A DNA stretch of 64,000 bases, taken from NCBI GenBank assembly GCA_964304625.1, contig OZ199839.1, positions 6,288,490 through 6,352,489 of the forward strand, written 5' to 3'. Every line of letters starts with the position of its first letter. Positions within the stretch are counted from its first letter, which is position 1. Positions 40,475-55,074 of this stretch are shown piece after piece. This DNA comes from Kudoa neothunni. Lineage: Eukaryota > Animalia > Cnidaria. The notes beneath the pieces are model-generated. The model was not told the origin of the DNA. It worked only from the letters and a program-made list of their open reading frames with translations, and did not search any database. The position numbers were made by a program, and so were the translations under genes.

Positions 40475-42543
40475 GTTTATATAAAGATGGATAGAATTAA
40501 TTTCTAATTAGTTCAAAAGAACATGAAATACATATTTTATCGTTAATGAACATAATACGTATTCTAATAATAGATAATTGCTATACTATATATTATGCTT
40601 ATAAATCGTAAGCAGCGTCTTGGGATTTCCTTCGGAACATGACCAAACCTATCACTACTAGCAATGCTCCTACGATTGGTATCATTGCGTAACAACTAGA
40701 AAGAATTATTCCAAAAGATTACACAAAATTATCATTACATGTATTTTCCAACAGACCTAAATTAAATTAATTTAAAAATTGAAATATTATTTAAAATACG
40801 AATGACTGTTTTTGGCGGTCTCATATTCGTGATTTCTTTCACTATCTACAAATTTTTTTAATTCAGTTGATTATCATAAATTTACTAAAAATATATCAGG
40901 AAAATTAGGAAACATGTAGTGTACCCTCTTGCAATCTTTACAATCTTCTTTTGAAAGATATCACCTACGTCAGTGTTGGTATATTCACTTCTTATATTTT
41001 GCTCTTCTGCTGGTGTTAGTTTCAAAATAATCCATAAAAATTTACTAAACAATATATTAAAATAATTTAAAAATATTTTTTTTTACCCTGAATGTTTTGA
41101 TATTTTTGAGTCTTTCAATACATCATATTATTAGTTAACCAAAAACAATAAGTAAGATATTAATTTCAAAATCACATGGAATCTCGTGAATTTTATATTT
41201 CGATAAATCCTTCACTTTCACACTCAACCTATAATCTTTTTCCCTGGATAATCCGTAGATACCAATATTACAACCGTTGGATGAACATTCTTCTTCGTCA
41301 TCATTACACCAAAAAACTATTGGTTTTGTATTGGTATCGTCTGTTATCTCGTGAAACATAAAAGGGCATTTAGAAGTTTCCTTTTTATCAGTAAACAATA
41401 CATTAATTGCTATACCACTATCACCATAAGATGTGTAAGTAACCGATGTATCGACGTTAACTATTAATTATTTTATAATAATACAATCAAAAATCTATTA
41501 CTAGTAGTAATATCGAAGGTTCTTAGGCCTTTGCCATCAGATGGCTCCACAGAAACATCATATGTTATTCCCAATTCAAGGTTAACAATTTTCAATGGAC
41601 TGTCACATTTATTTTCACAGGCTCCTATTCCTTCACACGAAGCCATAAATTTTGCATTTGAATCATCTCTTTTCTGGAGATAAATTCTGCATAATGGAAG
41701 CGAATTTTCTGCTTGAAAAGGCGTAACTGACGCAGTGGTTGCTTCTATAAATTTTTGAGAAGTTGAATGTGTTAACTGTTCTCCATTGGCTAAATACACT
41801 TTGTAACATGATTATAAGCTGCATTTACTTGTTCTAAAAGAAACTTTTTTGATATAATCATTATTCACACCAAGGTTTGTAACTGTTACTGTAATTATAT
41901 AACTTGTACCAGCCGAGAGGCCAGTAATCAAATATGACTGGGCACAGTTTTCGTCACATTCAACATTACTACATTGAGCCATGACTTCAGTAGATATAGT
42001 ATTTTCTCTAGATATTTTAATTGTGCATTAGGGATTATTTTCTTTTTTTATATTATTGTAATTTTGAAGCCCAATAAGTTTGACACTATTACTCGTTATG
42101 TCAGTGAGATTAAAGCCAATATCGTTTCCTAAAAATGTTATATTTATATTTCTGGATTTCAATTACTTCTGAAGTATTGTTTGAAACCAGTCGAATCAAA
42201 TCTTCTTTTTACGATTACACCAACATTTTGATGGTCTCCTGTGAAGTTAATAATAGCATCTTGACAAAGTTGATAGCAACCATTCTTTTAATTTTCACAG
42301 ACGTTCAAAACATTCTCTGTTTTATCTGCACCAGCAAAATTCACTTCAAATATACTAATTTGGCACATTTCGTCATTATGGGGACCAGGAGAAAATTGAT
42401 TTTTCAATTTATTATTGTTATTTTCAACTGCGGACACAGAATAAATAATCTCTAATTTTAGAGGAATAGTGTCATTAAATAAGGTAGTATTCGTAAAATA
42501 ATAAATTCCTGGCCACAAAAGTGTTGAGTTAATATTATAATAA

Positions 42544-45516
42544 GGAAGTGGCTATATCTCAGGTAATCAATATCTCTAAAACTACTCAATATTGTTTTCC
42601 CATATTCCACATATCATCTTATATTTATCTAACTTAAGTTTTTGTAGATTTTTGAAAAATTAAAAAAAAATTATTTTTTCTTTGTGTGACCATACACAAG
42701 TCCAACAGTAGCTGGGTGCGATTTTTTATTTTTTTAATATAATTTCATCAATTAACATCATTATGCACAAAATATAGAAATAATAATAAATTTCTGAGTT
42801 ATGTATAACTTGAGAGCGCAATTTCTCTTTCTAATTAGCGTGGCACAGGATGAGTTCAAATTTGTTTGCAATTGGAAAACGATTTCGTTCTTTCGAGAAA
42901 CTCGATAATGCTATAAAAAATTACGAAGAATCAAACTTTTGCAATCTTTATAAATACCAAGCGAGGACTATTTCGAATATTCGAAATAGAATTACAAAAT
43001 CAATTGACCAATCTCTGCGGTATTATGAAATTACATATCGTTGTATTTTCAGTGGCAAGAATAAAACAAAATCCGATGGAATTAGAAACAAACCGGAATT
43101 AAAGGGAAACTGCCCCGTAGTTTTATCTCTTAGGACCTCTGTTGGTGATGTAGCACTTGAAATACGTTCTAGTATATTAGAACATAATCATGATTTAAGT
43201 GCAATGCTATATCGAAATCTACCAAAACAACGAAAAATTGACCTAAATGACCTAAATCTCGCGGAATTAATTCACCTTAGGGCCAATAAAAAATTAATTC
43301 AAAATAAAATTTACAACGAAACGGGTAAAAACATCCGTTTGAAATCCATCCACAATATTAGAGCAAACAAAGACTCATTCTGTGATAACTTATGTGTAAT
43401 AGAGAAAATGTTGAAAGAAGATTTCAAATGTTACTTTAGGATTTTATATGATAATCATAAAGTCGTTAATGGAATTTTATCCTGAGGTTATGTTCGTTGA
43501 TGCAACTTATAAACTCCTTAATTCAAGGTAACTTTTGAAAACGGATGAATAATTTTATAATTTTAGGGCCCCGTTATACATATCTGCTGGGGAGGATTCT
43601 TTTGGTTTGACTCATATTTCGAGTGCCTGCATTCTCTACGACGAGACGGAAGATTCCATCCAATGGTTTTGTAATACTTTGGCAAAATTTATACCAAACT
43701 TATCAAAAAATGTACATACCATTGTTACAGATAAGGATGAAAAGCTAAGAAAATGTCTCAAATTAAGTTTTCCACTATCATCATTCATTTTATGTAAATT
43801 TCATGTGAATCAAATTTTTCAAAGACATCACCTTTAACAAATTTGAAATATCTTCTACTAAAAGACAAGAGATTTTAAGTTGTTTACAAAAAATGATGTA
43901 CCCGACTGACTACAATAAATATTTACATTACGTTGACCAGATTCACGATTTTAAAAATCCCAAATTAAGTGAATATTTCAAAAGAAATTGGGAAGGAATA
44001 TACAATGAATGGGTCATTGATATCAGCAATACGAAAAATCTTTACGACAACGAAACCAATAATCGCCTTGAAGTAATAAATTCCAAAATTAAGTGTTGGC
44101 CAACTTCATCCAAAGTTTTTTTTAAATTCTAAGTTCACTTAGAATTGAAAGGGAAGTTTCTTCAATTAATCAACTGTATTATGAATCAAAAGATATTCTC
44201 AACAACAACCAGGTTCTACACTATAAAGAATGTCTGACGAAGTATGCATTTATCATGCTTCGAAAAGAACATAAATTCTTGGACAATGCTGCATTATCCT
44301 CTAACTCAAATGAAACCACAAGTCGATCAACGTGTCATTGTTTATTTTATCGCTCATTTTCATTACCATGTCGCCATATTCTAAGTTACAGGTTATCAGA
44401 AAAACTCCCGTTATTCTGTGAAACATTATGCAATGATCGATGGAAAAAGGCATACGGAATGAAGTTTTTAAATGCGGAATCTACAACTCAAAATAATACA
44501 GAAAATCTTCCCACTGTTTTTCTTGAAAAGAAACAAAAAATTAACATAAAGACATTTGGACAAAAGTTGAAGTACGCTTCAAATTTTACAACCAAACTAA
44601 CCAACACAACTTCCGAATTTTGCGGAGAATTTTTCGAAAAATCAATAAAATCAATAAATCTATTGGAAAAAATAATTAGAAATCACGATGTCATGGTTAT
44701 CGATCAGTTCCTTGATACATATGATTTTTGTTTATAAATGAAATATTAAATTTTATATAATTAAAGATGAAACTGAATTTCAAGAAAATGTGTAAAATTT
44801 ATAATTTTACTTTAACTAATAAAAATTAGGAGTCATCGATAAATTTAATAGAAATCTCACTTACCAAAATACCAAAACTTAATTCCAGTGATGGTTTTAA
44901 TCCTCTGGAAGAACAAATTGATTGTAACGATGAATCAAACGCCATCGTAGAACCTCAATTAAAAGGTTAAACCTAAAAAAAATTATGCTAATTTTTGTTT
45001 AGATCTAGTGATTCCTTCTAAAGTTACATCGATTGGTCGACCACGAGGAAGTCGTTTAACTGCAATCGGAATTATAAAGAAAAAGAAATAAAATTAGAAA
45101 CTTTAAAATTAAATATATAAAAAAATTTAATTTTGAGAATAATCCTCTACATGTGTCATATGATAGCTGTTTTATTGAGTGATCGCTTAAACTAATAATT
45201 AAATCCATTATTAGTTTTATTTCATATAACGTGAAAAATGTTAATTTCTTAAAAAAAAGACAAACATTATTATTATTTCTATATTTTGTGTATAATGATG
45301 CTAATTGATGAAATTATATTAAAAAAATAAAAAATCGTGCCCAGCTGCTGCTGGACTTGTGTATGGTCACACAAAGAAAAAATAATTTTTTTTTAATTTT
45401 TCAAAAATCTACAAAAACTTAAGTTAGATAAATATAAGATGATATGTGGAATATGGGAAAACAATATTGAGTAGGTAGTTTTAGAGATATTGATTACCTG
45501 AGATATAGCCACTACC
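42544..45516 (+). mobile_element. MULE family A, copy 2, inserted in a B' exon
   Basis: TIRs GGAAGTGGCTATATCTC / GAGATATAGCCACTACC. Perfect 9-bp TSD TTATAATAA. The empty site is visible in gene B at about 21180. Confidence 0.96.
42850..45080 (+). pseudogene. MULE-A transposase pseudogene, copy 2
   Basis: Same motifs and shared frameshifts as copy 1. Intron 43528-43566; additional private indels. Confidence 0.88.
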
Positions 45517-48500
45517 TTATAATAACTCATGTATCTATCAACTAAGAAATTTGCAGACTTATATGTCAATGTATCAGAGTAACTGGTTACAATCAGATTG
45601 CCTTTTTCTGAATTGCTAAATGAGTCTTTTTCTCCATCGGCATACACCGTCCATTCGGTTTTTGAGTTTGTTTTGTAGGAAAAACGAACTTTACCATCTG
45701 TGTGAGCTATACAGTAAGTATGCTTTTGATTATAATCTAAAAAAATTTAATTTTAATTTACCGATAAAATAGTATTCATTTCAAAATTTGTTATAATGTA
45801 AAAAAATAATATTTATTATAATTACCCATTTTTATTGGAAAAACTCTAGATTTTTTGCAGAATTTCGCTCGCATCAGTACCATTACTGCCATAACATACT
45901 GATAGATAACGATCAATTTTGGAATTAACATATCCAATTTGAACATTCTGCGACGTGCAATCAGTTATGCAGAAGTTATTGTCAGTGTTCGTTGTACAAC
46001 ATGGCTTCACAAAACTAGTGAGATCTTCGAAATTGGATAGTTTTAGGACACATTTATTCCCAGTTGGAAATTCTGATAGTCTAACATAGATTATCCCAAT
46101 TTCGTTATTAACTGCTTTTTCAAATTTTTGATGTAGTTTCCCATGTCGAGAGTGGGCTATTCATAATGTTACAAAAATTATTTATATTTTATTTACCCGG
46201 AATTTCTAATTTAAATGGTGGTGATTGGTTATGTGCATATATCATTAATCTGTAATTATGTTTATTACTATATATGCCCGAACCAAACTGAATATCATTG
46301 CATTTTTTTCGACTACTGGATGAAGCATCACATTCAACGCAAGACTTTTGTATCTTCGTTGGTGAGGCTAAAAAACAAATTAAAAGATTATTTACTTTTA
46401 TTATTACTGTTCCCTTCTTTATGCATATAAAATTGATAATAACAGTCAGTACCTGAATCATTCTCGATATTTTCTGTCGGTATTATTTTTAGATTTTTAC
46501 CTGTTGTCTCAGGTGAAAATTGGAATTCAATTGTTTTACCAGTTAATTATAATTATTCATGAAATCATAATCGGAATATTGTTACTTGTTTTCTGGCTTT
46601 CTAGAGTATGAACCTTATAGCTGCCACTAGGTACAATCATAATATCATAGGTGGCGCCAGAGTACAATCCAATGATAGTAAACTGCGAATTACACTTTTT
46701 TACACACAATTCTTTTTCTTCGCATATAGCTGGATAATAATATAATTTATCATGTTCTCTCACGTAAATTGAACATGTGTATTTTGAAGCTGCATTATCT
46801 GGAGTAAGTGTGAATCCATTCGTTGCTGGCGTAACCGATATTGACCCACTAGAAGGAGCAGTTGTTTGATCTAAATTAGTCAAATAATTTGCTAGATCTA
46901 CAAAAACTACCAGTTTTATGATAAAATTATTTTCTAGGAGAATAGCTAGGTATATTTGATATTGTTATCATAATATCATTTGGCAAATCAGTAGGATTAG
47001 TTGTAATACTCATGTCTCCAAAGTTGCAGTTACTAGATGGGTTAGTATCTTTTCTCCCAGTTTCCTTAACCAAAGGAGCGTATACATTCCAGATTTTTAA
47101 TTCACATGCTACAGTAGATGCGCTGTTGATAGCTAGACCATCTTCGTCTTTATTTTTATCGCTCATATTTACTTTGATTTTACTGTCATCAGATGTAGTC
47201 ACGGACGTATCATTGCCATGTTTCACTAGAATATATATTTATATAATACATCATTTTAACGATTACGTATGTAAATGTTATTTTGGTAACCAACGATAGG
47301 TTCCATCCCTAATTTGAGAACGCGTATTTTTACTGCTTTTACACCCGTTGGAATATCTCCAAATGTAACGTTACTACACAAACTAAAAAGGCAGTTTGCA
47401 TTATTATCGCAGGTGTTTGAGAAAAATCTATTAGTAGATGATGCAGTCGCGTCAATCCATTCAAAAGAACATATTTCAGAAGGCTCTTCGTTAACTAATT
47501 TTATCGTTAACTTATTAACTGGATCACTGACAGCAATTTCATAATAAAATCTGTTTAAGGCTGGTGCATTGTTTTTTACAAATGTGTTGTCATAGAAGTA
47601 ATGAAAGTCAAAATATTTTGGGCAACTTATGTAATAGTCTTCAACTAGTTCATCAAATTGAATTGAGTAGCTTTCAGTGCTACACTGTGTCTCAGATTGA
47701 GCTCCAGAGGTGGGATTAAGCTTAACTTCATCCTTATACCTATCACAATTAAGCAAGCATTTATTAGCGTCTAATTTTATATTTTCCCCTTCAATTCTTG
47801 CCAAATGCCTTATCTCCTCGTAAGAATCAACAAAATTATATTAATTTGTCAAATTAGATTTACATATGTAGTATGAAAAGACTTTTCCTACAGTGAACTT
47901 GATAGGAGATGGTGGCGGTGGAACGTGTGCCGGCGTTGATCCCTCTTGTTCGTTGTTAACCAAAGCGTCTTTTTTATCCTCGTTTTCTTCTGTCCCATCT
48001 TTCTGGGTTCCTTTGCTATTCAGATCAGTATCCTGTTTTTTTCCTGTTACCCTTTGTGGGTCACCTGATTCGCCTGATCCATGCCCTTCTGACTCCCTAG
48101 GGCCTGAGAGTGTCGGCCCTTCTGACCTTTCTATGGAAGATTTAGAAAGATGAGTCTTTTCCCCATCTACGTAATCGCCATGGAACATTTCTCCAATAGT
48201 TGCTTTATTCAGAGTTGATAAATTAATTGCTGACTTAGCAGTGGAAGATTTTTCATCCGAATACATAACTGAAATATAATTTAGTTTGTTTTCATTACTA
48301 ATATCAATAATAACTTCTGTTTCAAGTTGGTTGCAATCTTTTTCGATTGCTGAACTACTGTCACCTGCATTGACGTATACAGACAACTCATTGTTAGACT
48401 TTTTAATCGTGCATTTTTTATCATTTTTCTCGAATAAAGTACCTTTAAATCCCACCTTATATTTACTTTGTGTTCTATCGTATATTAGAATCATATCGCC

Positions 48501-51500
48501 CGCCCCCTTTTCAGCGTCTCCTAATTAAATATACTTAAAGCTAAATTACTTATTTAATAACTTTTTATTTCCTCTTTCATTGGTTTTGCATTATCTATAT
48601 TTATCGTGACTAATTCGTATACAACTTCTGGGTCAATAGTAGACCATGGAATTTCTAATTTCGTTGATCCGCCACTTGTTCGTACTCCAGGATTGCAATC
48701 GATATTTAAACAATCCAATATAATTTTCTTTGTATCTTTTTCCAATAGAGTATAACGCCAGGAATTCCCAATATTTTCATTAGAAGTAACAGACATTGTA
48801 GCCACAATCTTTTGTGTTGGAGTTTCGTCTGATTTAGTTATTGTAACAGTACTGTCACTAGCTATTTAAATTAGGCAATATTTAACTTAAATAAAAATTA
48901 CTTGATACGGAGTTACTCTCGGCACATGTGTAACCTTTGGAGCAGACAATTATTTTGTAATTTGTTTTAGGATCAAGATTTATAATTGTGAATTCACTAG
49001 TACAAATGCCCAAACAAAAAAATTTGTTTGAATCTTTTTCACAGGTAGCAGGTAACTTGGATTTCTCATTTTCCACCGAATAATACAGTTCACATTCTGC
49101 GTTGTTATTATTAGATCCAGCAGTGAAAAGACTAGTTGGAGCTAATGTCAATTTTGTGTTTCCAACACCGACCGATGGTGTTATTTGCTTACCATTGCTA
49201 AACTCAATTCCTATTCAACATTTAGATATATTTTTAAAAATCGTTATACCTTTTGTTTTGAAATAAAAATATCGGTGATAATGCTTCACTTCAGGGGAGT
49301 CTACGGTGTTTAGTCCCGTTATTTTTAACTTTAAAATGTATTCAGTTAACGGTTCAAGTCCTGTTATAGTTTTTGAACTGAATGAAGTACAGTCATTTTC
49401 ACATGTTACGTTATCTCCAATACTATCAGTTCCCATAAACTTCTTTATTAATTTTACATCTGTGATTTTTGCTGCACCTACTGCACTATCAGCATCTTCA
49501 TTTTTATTTAATTCTGAAAGATTAACTGTAATTCGATTATTTTGTTTATCCGAAAAAACGTCAGTGGGTTGATTATTACGAACTACGAGATTTTATAAAA
49601 ATTATAAAATAATCATTAAATTACAAGTAACAGTTTGAATAAATTCCTTTGAATATGACTTTCCAACTGATTTTACAAGAACTTGAGCAAAATTCAAATC
49701 AGAGTCATAGAATAATGTCGCCTTGTAACAGGGTTGAAGACAGGGGCCAGCTTTATTCCTTATAGAGCAATAAGATGAACACCGCAAATCGTTTATATCT
49801 TTTATTCCAAAATAACATAACTTGGACGGTTCGGGATTTTGGAGTGTTATTGTGAAATAGTGCTTATTATCAGATTCTGATTTTGATCCAGACGCAATAA
49901 ACCAATCTTCAAAAGGTTTTTTTGGGATTAAGAAATATTTCTGGCGATTTATCATTGAATTCAATAATATATCTTGGTTGATACGATTTGGTTTTAAGAT
50001 TAATTGATTTCTCTGTATTAAAATCGTTACTTGTATTATGAGTAAATTCTTCAATAGAGTCAGCTTTCACTTTGAAACCTTTGTTAATTTTACTCTTAAT
50101 GGAAACGGCAAATTGGTTATTTGATTTTTCTACGCCAGTATAGTTTGAAGATAAATATCTCATAACTTGATTTATACAATAACAGACATAATTGATGTTA
50201 CCCTTGACCTTATAAACTCTCTTGATAGGACAATTTTTGACATCATCTTCAGTTTTTCCTTGACACCATCTTAGATATTTCATTTTCTCAAATTCATCCC
50301 GGCTGAATTTTAATTCCACTTTTTTACAATCGTAAATGCATATGTTTGAATTGGAATAAATTTTGACGCATATGCGTACTTGCTGGCACGCACACACACG
50401 GACATTTCAGTTTTATATGTATAGTAGACTAGCGCAAAAACCCCGCTTCGGTTGCGTTTCCTTTCCCGACCACCCTGATAAAAGCCGTGAGCAGGCGAAG
50501 GTCATTTTAAGTTCAAAGTTAATTATAATTATCTTATCGACCTTTCTATAACAGTCATGATCGAAATAAACAGCAATGACCCGATCATCCTCACTTTTTT
50601 CGTTATTGGACTTTATTTTCATTTAGAAATCATAAGTTCTTACAAATCATGAGGCGTATTAATCGTTTTACCTAACCCGTCGATGAACTAACTAATCTAA
50701 AAGTTTGTTAACAATGTTTTACTCAATCAAAACGTTCTAACATAATTTTATATTCATTTAAAAAAAATATAAAAATTTTTAACTTTAACTAAACATGCAA
50801 AGTAAATAATATATTCAAGCGTATTAATTTATTAATTTCCCGTTTAAGCAACAAATCTTTGTTTGCACCGAAACCCCGCCTATGCACGAACAAATGTTGT
50901 AATTCGTCTTAAATACGTTCAAAAGTAGAAAAGAGTAAACTTTCAAAGTTTCAGTTGTATATAAATACAGAAAATTAGAGTTATCTACGAATATCATTGA
51001 ACATTGTAGCGAATCATGTGCAGTGGTAATCTCATTGTATCAGCGCTAATCTGTTTGAATAAAGTTTACACTACAAATTAACCGCTTTATTAGAAAGTAG
51101 ACAATCCCGTCGTATTTTTGTAGTTAATTTTGTATTTTTTAAAGTATATCACGAAAATCAAATAGTCTAAAAAGTCTCTGTATAAGAATATAATTTACAC
51201 ACACACGGACACTACTACTTTATATATTAGGATATATTAGGATAGATAGATAGATATAGATATAGATAATGACCTAGAGGAAGGAAAACCTATTGAAACA
51301 TTGGACACAACAAACGTATTGAGCTCATTTTCGCACTTTATAAGAGAAGAGATGCTCGAAGAAATTTTATCGTTCACAAACCGTAAAGGTCTCGAAAAAT
51401 ATAATGACCCGTAGAAAATCTTAAATTGCATCGAATTAAAAGCTTTCTTAGGATTGCTGTTATTGGCTGGTGCCTATAAATCAAACCTAGAGTGTACAAT

Positions 51501-51962
51501 GATTCTGTGGCATGAAATTCAAGGAAGATCATTATTTCGCGCCATAATAAGTGAAATAAGATTTCAAAAAATCTTAAACTTCTTGCGCTTTGATGAACAT
51601 TGGAAGCGTAAAAAGTTCCCAAATTCAGTTGATAAATTTTCCCCCGCCAGGGAACTGTTTGGAAATTTTTCGGAAATCTGTAAGAATAGTTATATCCCTG
51701 GACCTAATTTGACCGTAGATAAAAACAACTATATCCGTTCCGAGGGAGTGTATCATTTCTTGTTTACATACTAAAAAACCATCCAAATATGGGCTAAAAT
51801 TTTGGATCGTATGTGATAGTCAAACGCGTTACGTATCCAACGTTTTGCCTTACTTGGGTAAAATTGATGAATGCCGTGAAACAAATCTATGTTTTAAAGT
51901 TGTCATTGATTTGACTCAACATTTGTTGAAATCGGGAAAAACTATTACATGCAATAATTATT

Positions 51963-54900
51963 GGCAGTGTCTATTTTGCCGGACGCGCTTTTTCTCTTAA
52001 AATAATAATTCAATCGCTACAATTTTTTCCTAAAAATATCTTTTATAAATGCAGAATATAAATTTAGTTTCATTTATCTTTTAATTAATAATTAGGTATC
52101 AACATACATTGAGGATATTTTAAACTCATTCATAAGTTTCATTATAAATGACATTAAATTTTTATAAATCTGTATTATTTATACAATTAATCCAATTTTA
52201 TGTGTTATAACAGCATAAACGAGTAAAATACCCTCTAGCGTGCGGTTGTAACTTTGATAGTCGCGAGTAGAATCACTATGGAAGGAGAGTCTGATCAAAC
52301 ACTACTAATTCAGGATATTACATCTGAACCTATTGTCGGAAATGCATTTAAAAACTTTGAAAAGGCTAAAGAATTCATGGATAAGTACTCAAAGCGGAAC
52401 AACTTTTGTTACTGGATCCGAGACTCTAGAAAAATCTCAACTGCCCTAAAAAAATTTGATAGAGACATGAACTCTGATCTTGTTTATTATGAAGCCACTT
52501 TTTGTTGTGTTCATGGTGGTAAAAATGTAATTATCTATATAAAAATTGATGTAATTAATTTGAATTCAGATACAATCTAAAAGTGCTGGGAAGAGAAAAA
52601 TCAACAGCCATAAAAGTGGTTGCAATTTTTTCATTACACTGCGAGTTCCTAAAAACATAAATATGTTAGTTATTAGAAAATTGGATCTTACTCACAGCTG
52701 CAACAGAAATGAGCATTTTAGGGATTTTTTACCAATGAATAGAAAATTAGATGAAGAAAGCAAGAATCTTATAAAAAATGTTCATTTTTATGATGGAAAT
52801 TTAAAAAGAGTACAAGTAGAAATCATGAACCAATCACAAAAAAAGGTTTCGTTGAAGCAAATCCATAATTATATCCAAACATTGAAAAAAAATGTTTCGT
52901 CGGATATTTCGGAATTGTTTAATTCAATAAAAAATTCTCACCCAAATGCAACTATCGAAATATTGCATAATAACTCCAGTGAAATGACTGGAATATTTTT
53001 CCAAGACCTTTATATGAAAAACGTTATTAAAAAATTTCCCGAACTAGTATTTATGGATGCCACTTATAAATTAATCAATAATCGTATGCCATTGTATATA
53101 TGTCTGTTTATCGATTCATTTGGGCAAAGTCAAATAGGAGCTATTGCTCTTTTATCTGAGGAGAGTACCGTGACTGTTACCTGGTTATGCCAATCTCTAC
53201 TTAAACATAACGAGGAAATGTCAACCAAAACAGTTTGTTTCATTACGGATAAAGACATGATTGAAAGAAACTCTATAAGATCTATATTTCCTAACGTAAG
53301 TACAAACTTATGCCTGTACCATGTCTTAAGAACATTTGGGAGAGAAATCTCTACATTAAGAATGGGAATAAACAAAGCCGAAAGAAAAACTGCCTTAGAG
53401 TTGATTCAAAAGCTTTGCTATACCAATGATCCAAAAATTTATGAAAATTACCATGAATTGTTAAATAATACATGTAACAAAAAAATCATTACTTATTATA
53501 ATAAATCTTGGGATCCAATCAAACATGAATGGTGCCCGGCATACATGAACCTAAAGGGTACTTTTTTAAATAGAACAAATAATCGATTAGAATGCATAAA
53601 TTCCAAAATTAAACAAATCATAAAAAAATTCTCAACAATTGAAGTCTTTTTCAGCGATCTGCTTATTTATTTATCAAGTATGAGGACTGAGCGTGAGAAT
53701 AAAGCAGTTAGAGAGTGGACAACCCAAACTGTTGAGAAATTAAATCCAGACATTAACGAACAATATAAAACATTGTTGACTTCATATGCGTATAATATTA
53801 TGCAAGATGAAATAAATAATCATATCGAATCCTATGCCAATCCTGATCCCAATAGTTGTACATGTTGTTTCTACGTAAGTATGGAGTTACCATGTAGGCA
53901 TATTATTTACGCTAGAAAAATAATGAACATGAATTTATATGAAGAGAAAATTTGTAATAAGAGGTGGCACAAAGAATATTACCTGTCATTTATTCAAATG
54001 ACCAAAAATTTATATCTTCAAAATCCTTCGTGTTGTGTGCAACCAAGTATTACAGAAATTTCGAGTCAGTGCCCTGTTCCGAATTCTGCTTTTAAGCGAT
54101 ACATGGAGCTAGAAATTCTTAGTAAGAAAATAGCTTCGCTAGGGTCTGAAAAAACAGGGAGTCAATATGATTCATTAAAAAAGATTTTAGGTGAATTAAT
54201 CTCTCTTATTTCCAATGGAGATTCTCTGGATAAGGTGACTATTTTTTCCACTATTCATATATCAACTTAATTTAGTTCAAGTTAATGTCTGAATCTGTCA
54301 TCATAAACAATCAAGAGATTTCAATCCCAACATGTAATTAATGATATTGTCTTTAGTAGAATTTTTATTTCGTGTTTAGTTACTGAGGAATCACGATTAG
54401 AGAATGAGGATATACTAGAAGCAGTTAATGATAATGTTCCATCATCAATAATTGATATGGAGATCCCGAATATTGTAGATGATACCACAACTAAAAATCC
54501 ATCTTTGAAGGGTGTGTATCTTTTGTCCATTTTGCTAAATTCATAAAATTATAGGAATTAAGCTGCCAACAGTAGTGAAATTGAGAGGTAGACCAAAAGG
54601 TGTATTTCAAACAGTTATTGGTTTAAGAAAAAAAAGAAAATTATAATTATGGTAATGATGATAGTAGTAATAATAACAACACCAATATCGATATATTATA
54701 TTCAAATATAATTTTATGTGGAAGTTAAACAGTCACAATTATTTGGCGTTGCAATACAAGATAATTTCAAACATTTATTATTTAAAGTAGAATACTCAAC
54801 ATTTTATTAAATTTTTAGTGGGTGTATCAATCATCTGATAAAAACATTTACCTAATTATAAAAATTTTAAATACGAATTGGCCAAATAGTTTTACTTTAC

Positions 54901-55074
54901 TGTATTTTCATGTGGATATTATGGATACAAATTAGCTATGTTAAAATTCGTCACTGAATTAATGAAACTAAATTTATATTCTGCATTTATAAAAGATATT
55001 TTTAGGAAAAAATTGTAGCGATTGAATTATTATTTTAAGAGAAAAAGCGCGTCCGGCAAAATAGACACAGCCAC
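51963..55074 (+). mobile_element. MULE family B, putatively autonomous
   Basis: Near-perfect TIRs of about 112 bp, GGCAGTGTCTATTTTGCCGGACGCG... 8-bp TSD TAATTATT (51955-51962, 55075-55082). Empty site at about 26138-26145. Confidence 0.95.
52278..54646 (+). CDS. Intact MULE transposase (FAR1/WRKY-like zinc finger, DDE, SWIM, AT-hook), 5 exons
   Basis: ATG at 52278. Intron 52527-52569 and three 3' introns all splice in frame. FMDATYKL, ITDKD, LCLYHV, RTNNRLE, CTCCFYVSMELPCRH, LRGRPKG and a basic tail RKKRKL*. Confidence 0.88.

Larger units (their letters stand above)
40598..50357 (-). pseudogene. Gene B': inverted, pseudogenised paralog of gene B
   Basis: Colinear with B from about 16440 to 23240. 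Nonsense codons at 42028, 42288 and 46927, a frameshift near 49917, a MULE-A insertion at 42544-45516, and a 5' end lost at the duplication breakpoint (about 50355). Confidence 0.9.
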
